Shown here: positions 34,457 through 35,577 of the stretch, in pieces
How the letters are laid out: every line of letters starts with the position of its first letter
How positions within the stretch are numbered: position 1 is the first letter of the stretch
Assembly (NCBI GenBank): GCA_964655515.1
Contig: CAZZPF010000009.1
Span: 1 to 35,577, forward strand
Length of the DNA stretch: 35,577 nt
Origin: an uncultured Candidatus Saccharibacteria bacterium
Lineage (GTDB): Bacteria; Patescibacteriota; Minisyncoccia; Phycocordibacterales; PALSA-1337
Direction of reading: 5' to 3'
Program-made: the position numbers and the translations under genes
Notes under the pieces: model-generated
Seen by the model: the letters and a program-made list of their open reading frames with translations, nothing else
What the model was told of the DNA's origin: nothing
Databases searched by the model: none

Positions 34457-34843
34457 CTACGCTTTTGATTGTCTCTTATCAAGAAAACTTTGCAAGATAA
34501 GCGCCGCCGCCGAAGCATCCAGCAAATCGTTCTTGCCTTGAAACTTTTCTGCATGAGTGCTAGTCATGAATTCCGGTTCAAGATGAACTATAAATCCCCG
34601 CTTCTCCAAATCCATTTTGAAATTCAAGCTCTCGGTTAAAATGGCATTGGCTTCACCTTTATAATTTTTTGATTCGCCCAACACGAGTTCTTTTATATTA
34701 TTTTTCTTTGCAAGCTCAATAATTTCCGTCACAAGATTTTTTGAATTATTAATAACAATTAAAGGCATGGCGAATTGACAGTTTTCATCAGACACGGCTA
34801 TGCCCACGCGCTTTGTTCCATAATCAATGCCAAGAAATCTCAT
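34457..34843 (-). CDS. ruvX: Holliday junction resolvase-like RuvX/YqgF
   Basis: The N-terminus is MRFLGIDYGTKRVGIAVSD. Later segments read LVLGES and DASAAALILQSFL. Confidence 0.85.
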   Translation of the reverse strand: MRFLGIDYGTKRVGIAVSDENCQFAMPLIVINNSKNLVTEIIELAKKNNIKELVLGESKNYKGEANAILTESLNFKMDLEKRGFIVHLEPEFMTSTHAEKFQGKNDLLDASAAALILQSFLDKRQSKA

Positions 34844-34899
34844 AGTTACAGTCTACTTCAAGTTGAAAATATGAGCAAAATGTGAGAATATCTCTACAC

Positions 34900-34988
34900 G
34901 GATAGGTGGCTGAGCTTGGTTTAAGGCGCCAGTCTTGAAAACTGGAGTCCGCGTAAGTGGACCGTGAGTTCAAATCTCACCCTATCCG
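34900..34988 (+). tRNA. tRNA-Ser (anticodon TGA), long variable arm
   Basis: The acceptor is GGATAGG/CCTATCC-G. The anticodon stem-loop is CCAGT-CTTGAAA-ACTGG. The T-arm is GTGAGTTCAAATCTCAC. Confidence 0.9.
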
Positions 34989-35013
34989 CAAAATGTTATG
35001 TTATAATATCCCC

Positions 35014-35472
35014 ATGCAACCTCTCATTTCATGGGACGCTTATGAGCATGTTCATACAGAGAAAAACAATGACTGGTATTGGGCAGTTGGCATCATCACC
35101 ATAACTGCGACAGTTTTAGCTTTTATTTTTAATAATATTATATTCGGCATTTTCATTATAGTCGGAGCATTCGCGCTTGTTGTACATTCATCAAAAAAAC
35201 CTCGTATGATTCATTGCGAGATAAATGATCGTGGCATTGTCATCAATGACATACTTTATCCATTCCTTTCCCTTGAATCGTTTTGGATTGATGCGCATGA
35301 AAGGCCTGCGAAAATTCTCATCAAGTCTCATAAAACTTTTATGCCTTATATCACTATTCATATTGATGAAGTAGATCCGGAACAAGTGCGCGATATTCTT
35401 TTGAATTATATTGCGGAAACTGAACACAGCGAGCCACTTTCACAAAAAATATTAGAAAGATTTGGGTTTTGA
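35014..35472 (+). CDS. two-TM membrane protein, function unknown
   Basis: The track ORF start overlaps tRNA-Ser. I prefer the ATG at 35014 (MQPLISWDAYEH...). Two adjacent hydrophobic helices are followed by a soluble domain of about 90 aa. Confidence 0.45.
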   Translation: MQPLISWDAYEHVHTEKNNDWYWAVGIITITATVLAFIFNNIIFGIFIIVGAFALVVHSSKKPRMIHCEINDRGIVINDILYPFLSLESFWIDAHERPAKILIKSHKTFMPYITIHIDEVDPEQVRDILLNYIAETEHSEPLSQKILERFGF

Positions 35473-35512
35473 TAGAAATATGTTAGTCTAATTTTCATAC
35501 ACATTGCTTATT

Positions 35513-35577
35513 GCCCTCGTCGTTCAATGGATAGGACACAACTTTGCGGAAGTTGTGATGTAGGTTCGATTCCTACC
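35513..35577 (+). tRNA. tRNA-Arg (anticodon GCG), 3' end truncated by the window edge
   Basis: It reads GCCCTCG-TC-GTTC-AATGGATA-GGAC. The anticodon stem-loop is CAACT-TTGCGGA-AGTTG. The T-arm is GTAGGTTCGATTCCTAC. The acceptor 3' strand is missing. Confidence 0.75.

Noticed and set aside
1-35577. CRISPR arrays, rRNA genes, transposases/IS elements and toxin-antitoxin or other defence loci
   Set aside because: Reading both strands I found no regularly spaced direct repeats, no rRNA-like segments and no recognisable transposase, integrase or defence-protein motifs. The only retroelement is the DGR.

Overview
This is an AT-rich (roughly one-third GC) bacterial chromosome segment. It is densely packed with short, mostly minus-strand housekeeping genes. 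The gene content looks like a small-genome CPR/Patescibacteria-type organism, but that placement is inference. Recognisable genes include four aminoacyl-tRNA synthetases (metG, glyQS, ileS, argS) and ribosomal proteins S6, L11 and L19. The secE-nusG-rplK cluster is present. A tight thymidylate/folate block is also present (glyA, tmk, thyA, dut, dCMP deaminase, DHFR-like, folD). Other calls are a pilM/N/O-like pilus module, ruvX, recO-like, mpg, rluA-family and DedA genes, plus six tRNA genes, one of them cut by the window end. The stand-out is a GC-rich island of about 2.6 kb (about 26.3-28.9 kb) just downstream of the 3' end of tRNA-His. It carries a complete diversity-generating retroelement (DGR). 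The parts are an intact DGR-type reverse transcriptase, an Avd-like four-helix-bundle gene, a 122-nt template repeat (TR), and a 229-aa target gene whose C-terminal variable repeat (VR) differs from the TR at 12 positions. All 12 differences fall on TR adenines. The cassette has unusual features. The avd gene is inverted relative to the RT and TR. A C9 homopolymer sits in the RT/avd divergent intergenic region. The target protein has no signal peptide and a C-terminus unlike the lectin-fold signature I remember. Composition breaks inside the RT gene. A second notable item is a histidine-phosphatase (PGAM-like) domain of about 200 aa inserted inside the catalytic core of IleRS. No CRISPR array, rRNA gene, transposase or integrase was seen.
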